From assembly GCA_001897515.1 (NCBI GenBank), contig MKTA01000019.1, positions 101,726 to 165,725 on the forward strand: 64,000 bases of DNA, given 5' to 3'. Shown here in pieces: positions 50,401 to 59,087 of the stretch (position 1 is the stretch's first letter; each line of letters opens with the position of its first letter). The notes under the pieces were generated by a model. The model was not told the DNA's origin and did not search any database. It was given only the letters and a program-made list of their open reading frames with translations. A program made the translations under genes and the position numbers. Origin of the DNA: Bacteroidetes bacterium 41-46 (GTDB lineage: Bacteria > Bacteroidota > Bacteroidia > Bacteroidales > UBA932).

Positions 50401-50965
50401 CTTTGCAGATAATATGAATAAATCTGCCAAAAATCTTTACGACTTATTGGAAAATCTACTGCACTGGTCCAGAATGCAAAGACAAGCTATTCCATTTAAT
50501 CCTACCGAGATTGCACTAAGGAATTCTATAATTGACTGCCTTGGCTGGGTTTTAGACTCTGCTAAAAAGAAGGGTGTAAACTTTACTGTTGATATTCCTG
50601 AAACGATGAAAGTTGAGGCAGATGAAAGCATGATTCAAACTGTGATAAGGAATATTGCCAGCAACTCCGTAAAATTCACTCCCAAAGGTGGAGATATAAA
50701 TTTAACAGCAGAATTAATAAGCGACAACGAAATTGAAATTAGGATAAAGGATAATGGCATTGGCATGGATAAAGAGATCCAGGGTAATATCTTCAAAGTT
50801 GGCAATAAGGGTGGAAGAAGTGGCACAGAGGGCGAGCCGAGTACCGGACTTGGCCTAATGATTTGCAAAGATTTGGTGGATCAGCATAAAGGCACAATAA
50901 TTGTTGAAAGCGCACCTATGGCAGGATCTCAATTTATTATCAGAATGCCTGTAAAACAGAGATAA
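47450..50965 (+). CDS. Sensor histidine kinase with 14 Reg_prop repeats, Y_Y_Y, TM, HisKA and HATPase domains
   Basis: 14 GL..N.V..I.ED..GN.W.GT repeats counted by eye; Y.YKLEG.D..W; KPPWWQT + TM; SIIAHDLRGP H-box; N, D and G boxes intact. Confidence 0.93.
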   Translation: MACNKLTNITRQLRIIAVVLFFFTACKESKVEDEKVSAPESKQIVGKVVDKSGVEDPVTIVAGNPSRFYAKQLNKRVIHENSVISNPPVKLNVISTNIKYPGREGVPLPKVIPAKIKSVIAYPPARVTAKDAYVRDKNPYNFSSIAKLQGLRHDQIRSITEDSTGNLWLGTDDGLTKFDGRYLYHYTKDQGLTNSLILTVKYDSKGNIWAGTFRGGAVMFDGREFHMFTTEEGLPSDIVNWIEEDNSGNIWFATGGGIVKYDGKNLTVYTQENGLCDNDTRYLITDKYGKLWVSSNLGGISCFNGESFTNYTKEEGLPQNEVTSLYEDTRGDIWMGLSTMGILKYDGYFFFHYSKQSGLTDGGVRSILEDYKGNIWIGSTTSGLFKFDGKRFTNYNLNEGLGSDYVRCLHEDRSGNLWIGTRTAGLVRYKGDVFTHLTADDGLSNSRVMSIHRALNGSVWLGTFGGYVTIIDNPKDINGGGTLSLFGPDQGLTSSRVYSLFEEENGNMWMGTDGGGVVIYDGTYTYTYTTKEGLCDNTIRDIARGNNGDIWIGTYGGGASKYDGKSFTNFSVKSGLSGNNIMAIYTDRNGLVWLGSDGGGVSTYNGSEFTHYTTKEGFFSNIVNSITEDKDGNIWFGTGGEGLVRFDGKYFTRYGVKEGLNNDYVMSILIDSSGVIWAGSRYGINKITKDSSLSGYKIRSYNYEDGFIGMGCNLGSIEDLPDGNILTGTNDRLTRFHGDKEIQKSAPFTLHLTNLMIFNEEIPWTYIFTNRDSIFQLNNGLKLKNINLSDISKWNNIPLDLELPHKLNYITFKYIAVAQDEIDKVRYEYKLEGLDLNWHKTSAITEIPYVNLSPGNYTFKVRAQSSEGVLSNEVSYKFRIKPPWWQTVWFYLILSIGAITIIYLFIKNRERALRVDKELLQKKVEEQTEELLLKNNELEVLNEEKDKLFSIIAHDLRGPFSSFLGLTQIMSEDLTSFTQEEIKSFADNMNKSAKNLYDLLENLLHWSRMQRQAIPFNPTEIALRNSIIDCLGWVLDSAKKKGVNFTVDIPETMKVEADESMIQTVIRNIASNSVKFTPKGGDINLTAELISDNEIEIRIKDNGIGMDKEIQGNIFKVGNKGGRSGTEGEPSTGLGLMICKDLVDQHKGTIIVESAPMAGSQFIIRMPVKQR

Positions 50966-50974
50966 ACAAGCTTG

Positions 50975-53900
50975 ATGAAGGCCTGGAGGGCATATATTAT
51001 ACTATTTACTTTAATTACCCTTATCTCTTGTAGAAGAGATGAAGAGGTTGTTGATGCTCGTATATTTCCGCCAATTATTAAAGCTAGCGGATATGTAGTA
51101 CCCGGAGACTCAATAAAGTTGCCTGACACTTTAAAAATAAAGTCAAAAGGAGGATATCAGGCAAAACTGACCTCTCCCGTTCCAATTAAAACAAACCAGA
51201 GTATTATACCGGTCTCCCTTAAAATGAGCAAACTGGTGACCACTCCCAGAAGGATTGGAACAGGAGAGTACAGAGAACCAAAAGTGGTAGAATTTACAGA
51301 ACAATCAACAATAGTTGGCTCTCCTAAACAGGTACTTGTTAAAGAACCACTTTACAAAGAGATTAACCCTGGAAGCTTCTTTTACTTTAATAAAATGCAG
51401 GGGCTTCTGCATGATCAGATCAGAGCCTTAGCTCAAGACTCAATAGGGAATATTTGGATTGGTACAGATAACGGACTCAGCAGATACGATGGAAAACACT
51501 ATTATCATTACACTTCTAATCAAGGTCTTGCAAACAATCTGATAAATTATCTTTTCATTGATTCTAAGAAAAACATATGGATAAGCACATATGAAGAGGG
51601 GGTTACAAAATTTGACGGAACCAGCTTCACTAAAATCTCATCTCAGGATGGGTTACCCCATGACCTTGTAAACTGCATCTTTGAAGACCGTTACAACAGA
51701 ATTTGGTTTGGTACAAGAAGGGGTTTAGTGATGTATGAAAAGGGTAAACTTACAATATTCACAACAGAGTCAGGTCTCTCCGCAAATGATGTAAGATCAA
51801 TAATTGATGACAATTCAGGACGGATGTGGATTGCAACATATGGTGGCGGTATCTCAATTTACGACGGGGAAACATTTTCACTGTTTACTACAAAGGAGGG
51901 CCTAGTTCAGGACCACATTTCAATGCTTTTTAAGGATAGCCATAATAACATTTGGATTAGCACTGCATTCATGGGGCTGATTAAGTACGATGGCAGAGCT
52001 TTAACATCATATACAACAAGAGAGGGGTTAGGGAACAACTCTATAAGAAGCATACTTGAAGACAGGGATGGTAATATGTGGTTTGGAAACTCTAACGGCA
52101 ACATCACCCGTTTTGACGGTACAGCTATGAGAGTTTACGGGAAAAACGACGGGTTGGTTGCAGAGGCTATGAGAAGCTCTCTACAGGATATGAATGGTAA
52201 CCTATGGTTTGGCACAAGGGGAGCAGGCTTGGTAAGATTTGAGGGAAGGCTTTTCTCTCACTACACAGAACAGGAGGGTCTCTCCAGCTCAAGAATAACC
52301 TCAATAAATGAAGACCACAGCGGAAATTTATGGATAAGTACCTTTGGCGGTTTTGTCAATATTCTTTCAGAAGGAATTTCTAATGGGATTAAGAGGCAAT
52401 ATATTAGAGTTTTTGGTCCAGAGGCTGGTTTAACAGGAAGATTTATTTTCAATACAACAACCGACTATCAGGGGAGATTGTGGATTTCAACCGATAATCA
52501 GGGACTTCTTATGTATGACGGGGCACGAACTTATATATATGACGAATCAGGTGGTTTGCCGGATAAAACCATTGTTCAGGTTGACAAGGATAATGAGGGT
52601 AATATATGGTTCTCATCTATGAGATCGGGTATCTCTAAAATAATAGGAGAAACCATTATTACCTTTGGCACCCAAAATGGTATAAGCCACAACCATGTAA
52701 GATGCTTTCTTCAGGACAGCAGATCAAATATTTGGTTTGGCACAGCCGGAGGAGGTTTGACAAAATATGACGGAAAGAGCTACACCCATTTTAATAAAAA
52801 ACACGGCTTCTTCACAGATACAATAAACGATATTCTTGAAGACAACAGAGGTATAATTTGGTTTGCCAGTGGAGGCAATGGACTTATAAGGTATGACGGA
52901 GACACCTTTATAAGATATTCAGAAGAGAGTGGTCTAAAGAGTAAGGTTTTAATGAGTCTGATTCAGGATAAGAAGGGTAGCATCTGGATCGGGACAAGAT
53001 TTGGCCTACATGAGATAAAGCAAAGAGTCCATGAATCAATAGATAGTCTTAATAGAGGAATCTCAATTAACAGCTTCGGAATTGAGCAGGGGTTTATGGG
53101 GATGGAGTGCAGAAAGGAGTCCTTATTTGAGGCATCCGACGGAACAATCTGGATAGGGACAGAGGACCGTCTGACTGCATACCACGGTGGCAGTTCTATT
53201 GAGAGAGACATATTACCCTCTCTGCAGATTACAAAGGTTCAACTATTTAATGAAGATGTTGACTGGAGTGACATTTATAACAACCCCGATTCAATCTACA
53301 CTCTAAACAACGGAATAAAACTAAAAGGTGTAAAGTTAAGCGGAGTAACAGACTGGTATCTTTTACCAAAAGATTTAACCTTGAAGAGAGGGACGAACTA
53401 CATCTCATTTAATTTTATTGCAACCACACATTCACAAACAAAAAGTATTAAGTACCAGTATATGCTTGAGGGGTTGGATAAAGGTTGGAGTTCTCCTACT
53501 GAAAGGACAGAGGCATCATACGGACATTTAAACAGTGGCAGATATACTTTAAGGGTTAAGTCAGTAACAAGTGAGGGGCTGGAGAGTAAAGAGACAACAT
53601 TTTCCTTTAGGATTAGGCAGTCATGGTGGGAAACTTCCTGGTTCCATTTAACCATACTTCTGTTTACCGGATTTTTATTGTATAGGATATACAGATTAAA
53701 AATCAAAGATTTATTAGCTGAGCGCAGGGGACTTGTTTATAAATTAGAGGAGAAAAATACTGATTTTGAAAGAAGCAGAGAGTCAATAGAGAGACTCTCA
53801 AAAGAGCGTGAAAAGATATTTTCAATAATCTCTCAAGATCTAAAAGGTCCCATTAGCAAAATGATTGGATCATCAAAGAACGCCTCATCATTAAATGATC

Positions 53901-54427
53901 TGCTTGACAACCTTTTAATGTGGTCTGCAATCCAACAGGGTAAGATCATCTTCTCTCCTGAAAGCTCTAATATCACAGATATTATTAACCAAAAATTAGA
54001 CTCGTTACTTCAGCAAGCTAAAGAGAAGGAGATTTCAATTATTAATAAGATTCCTCGCAAACTCGACATTGAAGCAGACCCCAGATTGCTCAAAAACATA
54101 CTTGGAAACCTTATTTCAAATGCTATTAAATTTACATCCAGAGGCGGAGACATCCTAATTAAAGCAGACTCAAGCTCCCCTGATGAGATAAAAATTATAA
54201 TAGAGGATAATGGTATCGGTATGAATCAAGATATAATTAACTCTCTTTTTGAATTGAATGTTGAAACGGGGCGGACAGGTACTGAAGGAGAGCCAAGTAC
54301 CGGGCTTGGTCTTCTGATTAGTAAAAATTTAATTGAGATCCACTCTGGTAAGATTGAGATATTTTCTGAGATAAAAAAAGGGAGCCGGGTTATAGTCACT
54401 CTCCCTAAGACTCAGCCGGGAATCTGA
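50975..54427 (+). CDS. Paralogous propeller sensor pseudo-histidine kinase (H-box His replaced by Gln)
   Basis: Same architecture as the upstream gene; H-box reads SIISQDLKGP (CAA at 53834-53836); NLISNAIKFT, EDNGIGM and GEPSTGLGL intact; reading frame uninterrupted. Confidence 0.88.
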   Translation: MKAWRAYIILFTLITLISCRRDEEVVDARIFPPIIKASGYVVPGDSIKLPDTLKIKSKGGYQAKLTSPVPIKTNQSIIPVSLKMSKLVTTPRRIGTGEYREPKVVEFTEQSTIVGSPKQVLVKEPLYKEINPGSFFYFNKMQGLLHDQIRALAQDSIGNIWIGTDNGLSRYDGKHYYHYTSNQGLANNLINYLFIDSKKNIWISTYEEGVTKFDGTSFTKISSQDGLPHDLVNCIFEDRYNRIWFGTRRGLVMYEKGKLTIFTTESGLSANDVRSIIDDNSGRMWIATYGGGISIYDGETFSLFTTKEGLVQDHISMLFKDSHNNIWISTAFMGLIKYDGRALTSYTTREGLGNNSIRSILEDRDGNMWFGNSNGNITRFDGTAMRVYGKNDGLVAEAMRSSLQDMNGNLWFGTRGAGLVRFEGRLFSHYTEQEGLSSSRITSINEDHSGNLWISTFGGFVNILSEGISNGIKRQYIRVFGPEAGLTGRFIFNTTTDYQGRLWISTDNQGLLMYDGARTYIYDESGGLPDKTIVQVDKDNEGNIWFSSMRSGISKIIGETIITFGTQNGISHNHVRCFLQDSRSNIWFGTAGGGLTKYDGKSYTHFNKKHGFFTDTINDILEDNRGIIWFASGGNGLIRYDGDTFIRYSEESGLKSKVLMSLIQDKKGSIWIGTRFGLHEIKQRVHESIDSLNRGISINSFGIEQGFMGMECRKESLFEASDGTIWIGTEDRLTAYHGGSSIERDILPSLQITKVQLFNEDVDWSDIYNNPDSIYTLNNGIKLKGVKLSGVTDWYLLPKDLTLKRGTNYISFNFIATTHSQTKSIKYQYMLEGLDKGWSSPTERTEASYGHLNSGRYTLRVKSVTSEGLESKETTFSFRIRQSWWETSWFHLTILLFTGFLLYRIYRLKIKDLLAERRGLVYKLEEKNTDFERSRESIERLSKEREKIFSIISQDLKGPISKMIGSSKNASSLNDLLDNLLMWSAIQQGKIIFSPESSNITDIINQKLDSLLQQAKEKEISIINKIPRKLDIEADPRLLKNILGNLISNAIKFTSRGGDILIKADSSSPDEIKIIIEDNGIGMNQDIINSLFELNVETGRTGTEGEPSTGLGLLISKNLIEIHSGKIEIFSEIKKGSRVIVTLPKTQPGI

Positions 54428-55181
54428 TAAACAAAGATAATTGTCCTCTGTCTTCTGAAACTGATGCCCCAATTTTACCTGTAAACAAAGATTCAAATCC
54501 CGACTTTACTCTCTCCAGATCAGACAGTGATCTAAAAATTATTTCTGCATAACATACTGCGCCATCTCTCTCAACCATCCACACACTATAGTCCCCAATG
54601 GCATTAAAAATATGCATGTAGCCTGATAGCGAACTGGATAGAGCAATTGGTCCAACTGCGTATTTAACTGCATCTGAAACCCGCTCTTTCGACAGTAAAA
54701 AATTCAAAATACCATTTGGGATATTGATCGTTGCACTTGATTTAAATATATCTATGTAATGGTTAGCCAAAGCTCTGCTATTTTCAGCACTTCCAGCGGA
54801 TCTCTCCTCAGAAACAACAGATATATACAGATTGCCTGATACAGACTGATACTGCCCTGGAGAACTACAGTCAGGCATCATGTACTCATCAGCAGGTCTG
54901 CATTTAAAAGTATGCTGAGAGTATATTCCGAATGCACTCTCTGCAGAGCTCATTTTATAAACCTCAATAGAGTATAAAGAGCCTTTATAGCTTACATCGT
55001 AGGCATTTAGTATCTCAAATCCATACTCAAGATAAAGCTCACTACCCCCATTCATGAATCCGTAGAGAGCCTCACCGACGAAGGCTCTCTCTCTTTTAAC
55101 AGTTATCTCAGATTCATTTATAGTCTGACCATATATGAACGATACAATTACAGAGGCTAGAATTGTCAACAAAAACCTCAT
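54405..55181 (-). CDS. DUF6599-like exported protein
   Basis: Sec signal; LYGFMNGGSELYLEYGF...IEVYKM....AFGIYS pattern. Confidence 0.65.
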   Translation of the reverse strand: MRFLLTILASVIVSFIYGQTINESEITVKRERAFVGEALYGFMNGGSELYLEYGFEILNAYDVSYKGSLYSIEVYKMSSAESAFGIYSQHTFKCRPADEYMMPDCSSPGQYQSVSGNLYISVVSEERSAGSAENSRALANHYIDIFKSSATINIPNGILNFLLSKERVSDAVKYAVGPIALSSSLSGYMHIFNAIGDYSVWMVERDGAVCYAEIIFRSLSDLERVKSGFESLFTGKIGASVSEDRGQLSLFIRFPAES

Positions 55182-56332
55182 AGCCTTATCTCTTTAAGGT
55201 CAATATTCTCCCTTTTTCCTACACCTAGCTTCAGCTCTTCTGCCATATCAATAAATCTTGAAGCCTCCGGCCTATCAACCTTCTGAATCCCCTCCTCAAT
55301 TCTCTTTGCAATAATTACATCGTGCCCAACTCTATCAACAGCTACCGGATCAGATCCAACTATCAGCATATTGTAATTACATATAAACTGAGGTTTAGCG
55401 GATGGCCCGCCATCAAAACAGCCAATTAACCCGTCTGCTATGTTTAGAACCACCTTGTCCCTTAAGGGTGGAAAAGCACACACATATGCACATGTCTCAT
55501 GCCATAGACTAGAATGTAACCGGCTAGTATTTGTAATTGACCCAAAAGCCAGATTTTTAAGGCATAAAGTTGTTGTAGGCCCTGCATTTTTTAATATTGG
55601 CAGGTTAATAATTTTAGTAACTCTCTCTGTAACAATTTTTGTAAAATAGGAGTCCTTACCCTCGTTAACCATATACGGGATGGTGTAAGAGTCGTATTTA
55701 CCATCTATATCTGCAAAGAATCTCTGAGACTTATCAACTCTGCCCTCAGAATAGAGCCTTCCCTGAGTGTCATAAAAGCCGCCTTTCTCATCCATACACT
55801 CAGTCCCCACAATCTCTATCCCCGGGTAATTCTCTTTTGTATAACCTGTTTCATGGAGCTGCATCTCTCTTCTGTCCCAAATAACAATATTCTCTTTAGG
55901 AATACCCGACTCTTCCAGCTGCCTTATAACAGCCTTGGTTACAGCATGTGAAGTAGTTAATAATCTTCCTGCGACAGGATTAACCTTTAGCCCGATTACA
56001 TCTTTTGGAGAGACAAACTTTCTCCAGGCCTTTTTAATGCTCCTAGCACCGGTAAGGGAGAGCATACTCGTCTTAAGCATTTCGTAAGCAGCCTCCTCTG
56101 AAGGAGTGCCCTCTACGACAGACCTCTCATTTGTCACTTTTACCACTTTACCGGGATAGAGGCCCGGCATTGAACTTTTAATGCGTGGAACTGACACTGC
56201 TTCGGAGATATTTGTCTCCGGTTTCTCAGGAGCAATAAACAGAGATGTCTTCTCTGCAGCTTTTACAACAGGTGCAAACGCAATCCCGGCCCCTCCAATT
56301 GAGAGATACCTAAAGAAGTCTCTTCTTTTCAT
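55178..56332 (-). CDS. DUF362 domain protein with Tat signal
   Basis: MKRRDFF twin-arginine signal; VIGLKVNP, IINLPILKNA...TLCLKNL.FG, GSDPVAVD. Confidence 0.85.
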   Translation of the reverse strand: MKRRDFFRYLSIGGAGIAFAPVVKAAEKTSLFIAPEKPETNISEAVSVPRIKSSMPGLYPGKVVKVTNERSVVEGTPSEEAAYEMLKTSMLSLTGARSIKKAWRKFVSPKDVIGLKVNPVAGRLLTTSHAVTKAVIRQLEESGIPKENIVIWDRREMQLHETGYTKENYPGIEIVGTECMDEKGGFYDTQGRLYSEGRVDKSQRFFADIDGKYDSYTIPYMVNEGKDSYFTKIVTERVTKIINLPILKNAGPTTTLCLKNLAFGSITNTSRLHSSLWHETCAYVCAFPPLRDKVVLNIADGLIGCFDGGPSAKPQFICNYNMLIVGSDPVAVDRVGHDVIIAKRIEEGIQKVDRPEASRFIDMAEELKLGVGKRENIDLKEIRL

Positions 56333-56347
56333 ATTATTATGTTTTGG

Positions 56348-57820
56348 TTAGTTCAGATTCCACTCTGTACCCTCCTTGGTATCCTTAATCTGGATGCCAA
56401 GTTCTGTAAGCCTCTGACGAATCAGATCACTTGTTGCAAAATCTCTCTTCTGCTTCGCCTCTATTCTCATCTCCAAAACCATCTCCACTAAACCTGAGAG
56501 CATCTCTCCATTAAGTGAATCAGCCTTTTCATCTTTAATACCAAGAATATCTCCTGCAATCTCTGTAAACATCTCCTTTAAAATGGCCAAATCGTCAGTA
56601 TTGATTATACTTCCCCTCTCTTTTGCCGTATTTACTATTTTCACCGCCTCAAAGAGCTGTGCAATTGCAACAGGTGTATTAAGGTCATCACAAAGAGCCT
56701 CATATGCGGCTTCCTTAAGTTGCGTCAGTCCATTTATTTTTTCAGCAACAGATGAACTTTTCAATTTATCTGTATCCTGTCCGGCGAGAAGAAGTCTTTT
56801 AAGCCCCTTTTCCGCTGCCTGTAGTGCCTCATTGCTAAAATCAAGTGTACTCCTGTAATGGGCCTGCAGGATGAAAAACCTTATTGTCATTGGAGAATAA
56901 GGCTGTTCAAGGATCTTATGGCTACCAGTGAAAAGCTCCTCCAGAGTGATGAAATTTCCAAGAGACTTGCCCATCTTCTGTCCATTGATGGTAATCATAT
57001 TGTTGTGCATCCAATACTTAACCCCGCTGCTTCCCCTGGAAGCAGTGTTTTGTGCCAGTTCACATTCATGATGAGGAAAAAGAAGATCCATACCCCCTCC
57101 GTGAATATCAAATTTCTCTCCAAGATATTTTGATGACATTGCTGAGCACTCCAGATGCCAACCCGGAAATCCTTCGCTCCATGGTGAAGGCCATCTCATG
57201 ATATGCTCTGGATTTGCACGCTTCCACAAGGCAAAATCAAAAGGGGATTTTTTGTCACTCTGTCCTTCCAACTCTCTGGTGTTTGACATCATATCTTCCA
57301 GAGATCTTCCGGAAAGAGCTCCATACTTATGATTTTTACTATATTCCGTTACATCAAAATATACAGAGCCGTTGCTCTCATAGGCAAGCCCTTTTTTCAG
57401 GATTGACTCAACCAAAGATATCTGTTCAATTATGTGTCCTGAAGCTCTGGGCTCAATATCAGGAGGCAAAGTATTAAGAAGCTTCATCGCTTCATGATAT
57501 CTGAGAGTGTAGTGCTGAACCACCTCCATAGGCTCCAGCTGTTCAAGCCTAGCCTTCTTAGCTATTTTATCCTCTCCTGCATCAGAGTCATTCTCAAGGT
57601 GTCCTACATCTGTAATATTTCTCACATATCTTACTTTGTAACCTATCTTCCTGAATAGCCTGACAAGAACATCATAAGTCACACCAGGCCTGGCATGTCC
57701 CATGTGTGCATCCCCATACACAGTTGGGCCGCAAACATAGATTCCTGCCATACCGGAGTTAACGGGTTCAAAACGCTCTTTTTTTCTGCTGATAGTGTTG
57801 TAGATATGAAATTCTCTCAT
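56348..57820 (-). CDS. cysS: Cysteine--tRNA ligase
   Basis: [13 protein letters not shown] (HIGH-like), [42 protein letters not shown]. Confidence 0.99.
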   Translation of the reverse strand: MREFHIYNTISRKKERFEPVNSGMAGIYVCGPTVYGDAHMGHARPGVTYDVLVRLFRKIGYKVRYVRNITDVGHLENDSDAGEDKIAKKARLEQLEPMEVVQHYTLRYHEAMKLLNTLPPDIEPRASGHIIEQISLVESILKKGLAYESNGSVYFDVTEYSKNHKYGALSGRSLEDMMSNTRELEGQSDKKSPFDFALWKRANPEHIMRWPSPWSEGFPGWHLECSAMSSKYLGEKFDIHGGGMDLLFPHHECELAQNTASRGSSGVKYWMHNNMITINGQKMGKSLGNFITLEELFTGSHKILEQPYSPMTIRFFILQAHYRSTLDFSNEALQAAEKGLKRLLLAGQDTDKLKSSSVAEKINGLTQLKEAAYEALCDDLNTPVAIAQLFEAVKIVNTAKERGSIINTDDLAILKEMFTEIAGDILGIKDEKADSLNGEMLSGLVEMVLEMRIEAKQKRDFATSDLIRQRLTELGIQIKDTKEGTEWNLN

Positions 57821-57837
57821 AATGCATATTTTTGAAA

Positions 57838-57882
57838 GAGCTGGTGCCTCATCTGAGGCACCGCTCATAATTTGCAAAAATA
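57838..57882 (-). promoter_or_regulatory. cysS promoter and 5'-leader hairpin
   Basis: TATTTTTG at 57882-57875; 12-bp hairpin GAGC-GGTGCCTC-AGAT-GAGGCACC-A-GCTC at 57866-57838. Confidence 0.6.
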
Positions 57883-57892
57883 CAACAAAATT

Positions 57893-58237
57893 CTATTCGG
57901 CACTCCCGCTCTGATGATGTTTGATTACAGAGGCAACTATCTCATATGTTTGTCTCTCTACTCCGGATTTTGTCTGATAATTGACCGGCTTTAAGCGTCC
58001 TGTAACAGATAGAGTGCTCCCTTTTCGTATAGATGAAAAATCCGGCATGTTTTTTCCTGCCCAGGCTACAATATTATGCCATACTGTCTCCTCCTGCCAC
58101 TCCCCTTTTCTGTTTTTATAGGCCTCATTTGTTGCCAGAGATACCCTCATCACCTGCAATCCGTCTTCAAGAGAGCTGATACGCGGATCAAAACCAACGT
58201 TCCCCCTCAATTCCACTCGATTAATTGATTTTTCCAT
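57893..58237 (-). CDS. ssb: Single-stranded DNA-binding protein (short, OB fold only)
   Basis: NRVELRGNVG.DP, SLATNE.YKN..GEWQEETVWH.IVAW, V.GRL; no acidic C-terminal tail. Confidence 0.9.
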   Translation of the reverse strand: MEKSINRVELRGNVGFDPRISSLEDGLQVMRVSLATNEAYKNRKGEWQEETVWHNIVAWAGKNMPDFSSIRKGSTLSVTGRLKPVNYQTKSGVERQTYEIVASVIKHHQSGSAE

Positions 58238-58329
58238 GTCTGAAGATTTTATATTCACAGACAAAGTAATAGTGCACAAATGAATTAAGGCAAATAGTAA
58301 TTAATTAATAACGGATATAAGTGTTTATT

Positions 58330-58947
58330 CTACTTCGTGTACTTAATATTGTTTTTTTCAAGCAATTTATAGAGACCTCTATCGCAAACTACTCGTGTTA
58401 TGCTGCAGGGATAAAAAAATCCCTCCATTTTCCAGTATTCATCAATAGAATAATTTTCAAAATATGACATCATTAGTCTTAAGACAACGGCATGGCAAAC
58501 AACAAGAATCCTCTCGTCTCTGTGTTTTTCAAAGAGAGGCAGAACAAAATCCAGAGCACGCTTCTGAACCTCTTCAAACGACTCTCCTCCAGGACCGGGG
58601 ATAAAATCAGATGGTTTGGAAGAGAAGGCTGCCATTCTCACAGGATCCTCCGCCGATGCTCTTGCAAAAGATTTGCCCTCAAGATCTGCCAGATTTATCT
58701 CTTTAAGCTCAGGCGAGAGATTCAGAGAGGTATGACCAATCTCTCTCATAACTATTGTTGCTGTTCTTTCCGCCCTTAACAGAGGGCTAGTATATATTGA
58801 TGCAACACCCTTATCTTTCAAATAGGCTCCTAGTATTCTTGCCTGCATCAGACCCATTTCGGTGAGTGGAGAGTCTTTCTGCCCTTGCATTCTTCTTGCC
58901 ACATTCCACTCGGTCTGGCCATGTCTGGTAAAGATAACTTCTGTCAT
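58330..58947 (-). CDS. Histidine phosphatase family protein (phosphoglycerate mutase-like)
   Basis: RHGQTEWN, QG..DSPLT, YTSPL.RA..T, LKEI, GESF, VVCH. Confidence 0.92.
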   Translation of the reverse strand: MTEVIFTRHGQTEWNVARRMQGQKDSPLTEMGLMQARILGAYLKDKGVASIYTSPLLRAERTATIVMREIGHTSLNLSPELKEINLADLEGKSFARASAEDPVRMAAFSSKPSDFIPGPGGESFEEVQKRALDFVLPLFEKHRDERILVVCHAVVLRLMMSYFENYSIDEYWKMEGFFYPCSITRVVCDRGLYKLLEKNNIKYTK

Positions 58948-59087
58948 TAGGTTCATTATTGCCGCAAAGATAAGAAAACAGATTTCCAGAATCATACATT
59001 TTCTTTCCAGAATAATTCAAACTACAAACAGATTAATTCAAACAGTAAATCAATGCGATTGTGTTATGTATTTTAGAGCTAAAAAAA

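Noticed and set aside
47850-53150. Periodic GGNAAYATHTGG-like DNA motifs resembling a repeat array or CRISPR
   Set aside because: They encode the GNIW motif of Reg_prop blades; degenerate at third codon positions, in coding frame, and no cas genes
50975-54427. Calling the second sensor a pseudogene
   Set aside because: The frame is intact over 1150 codons, the deletion is in-frame, and the ATP-binding boxes and all 14 repeats are preserved; reported as a pseudokinase instead
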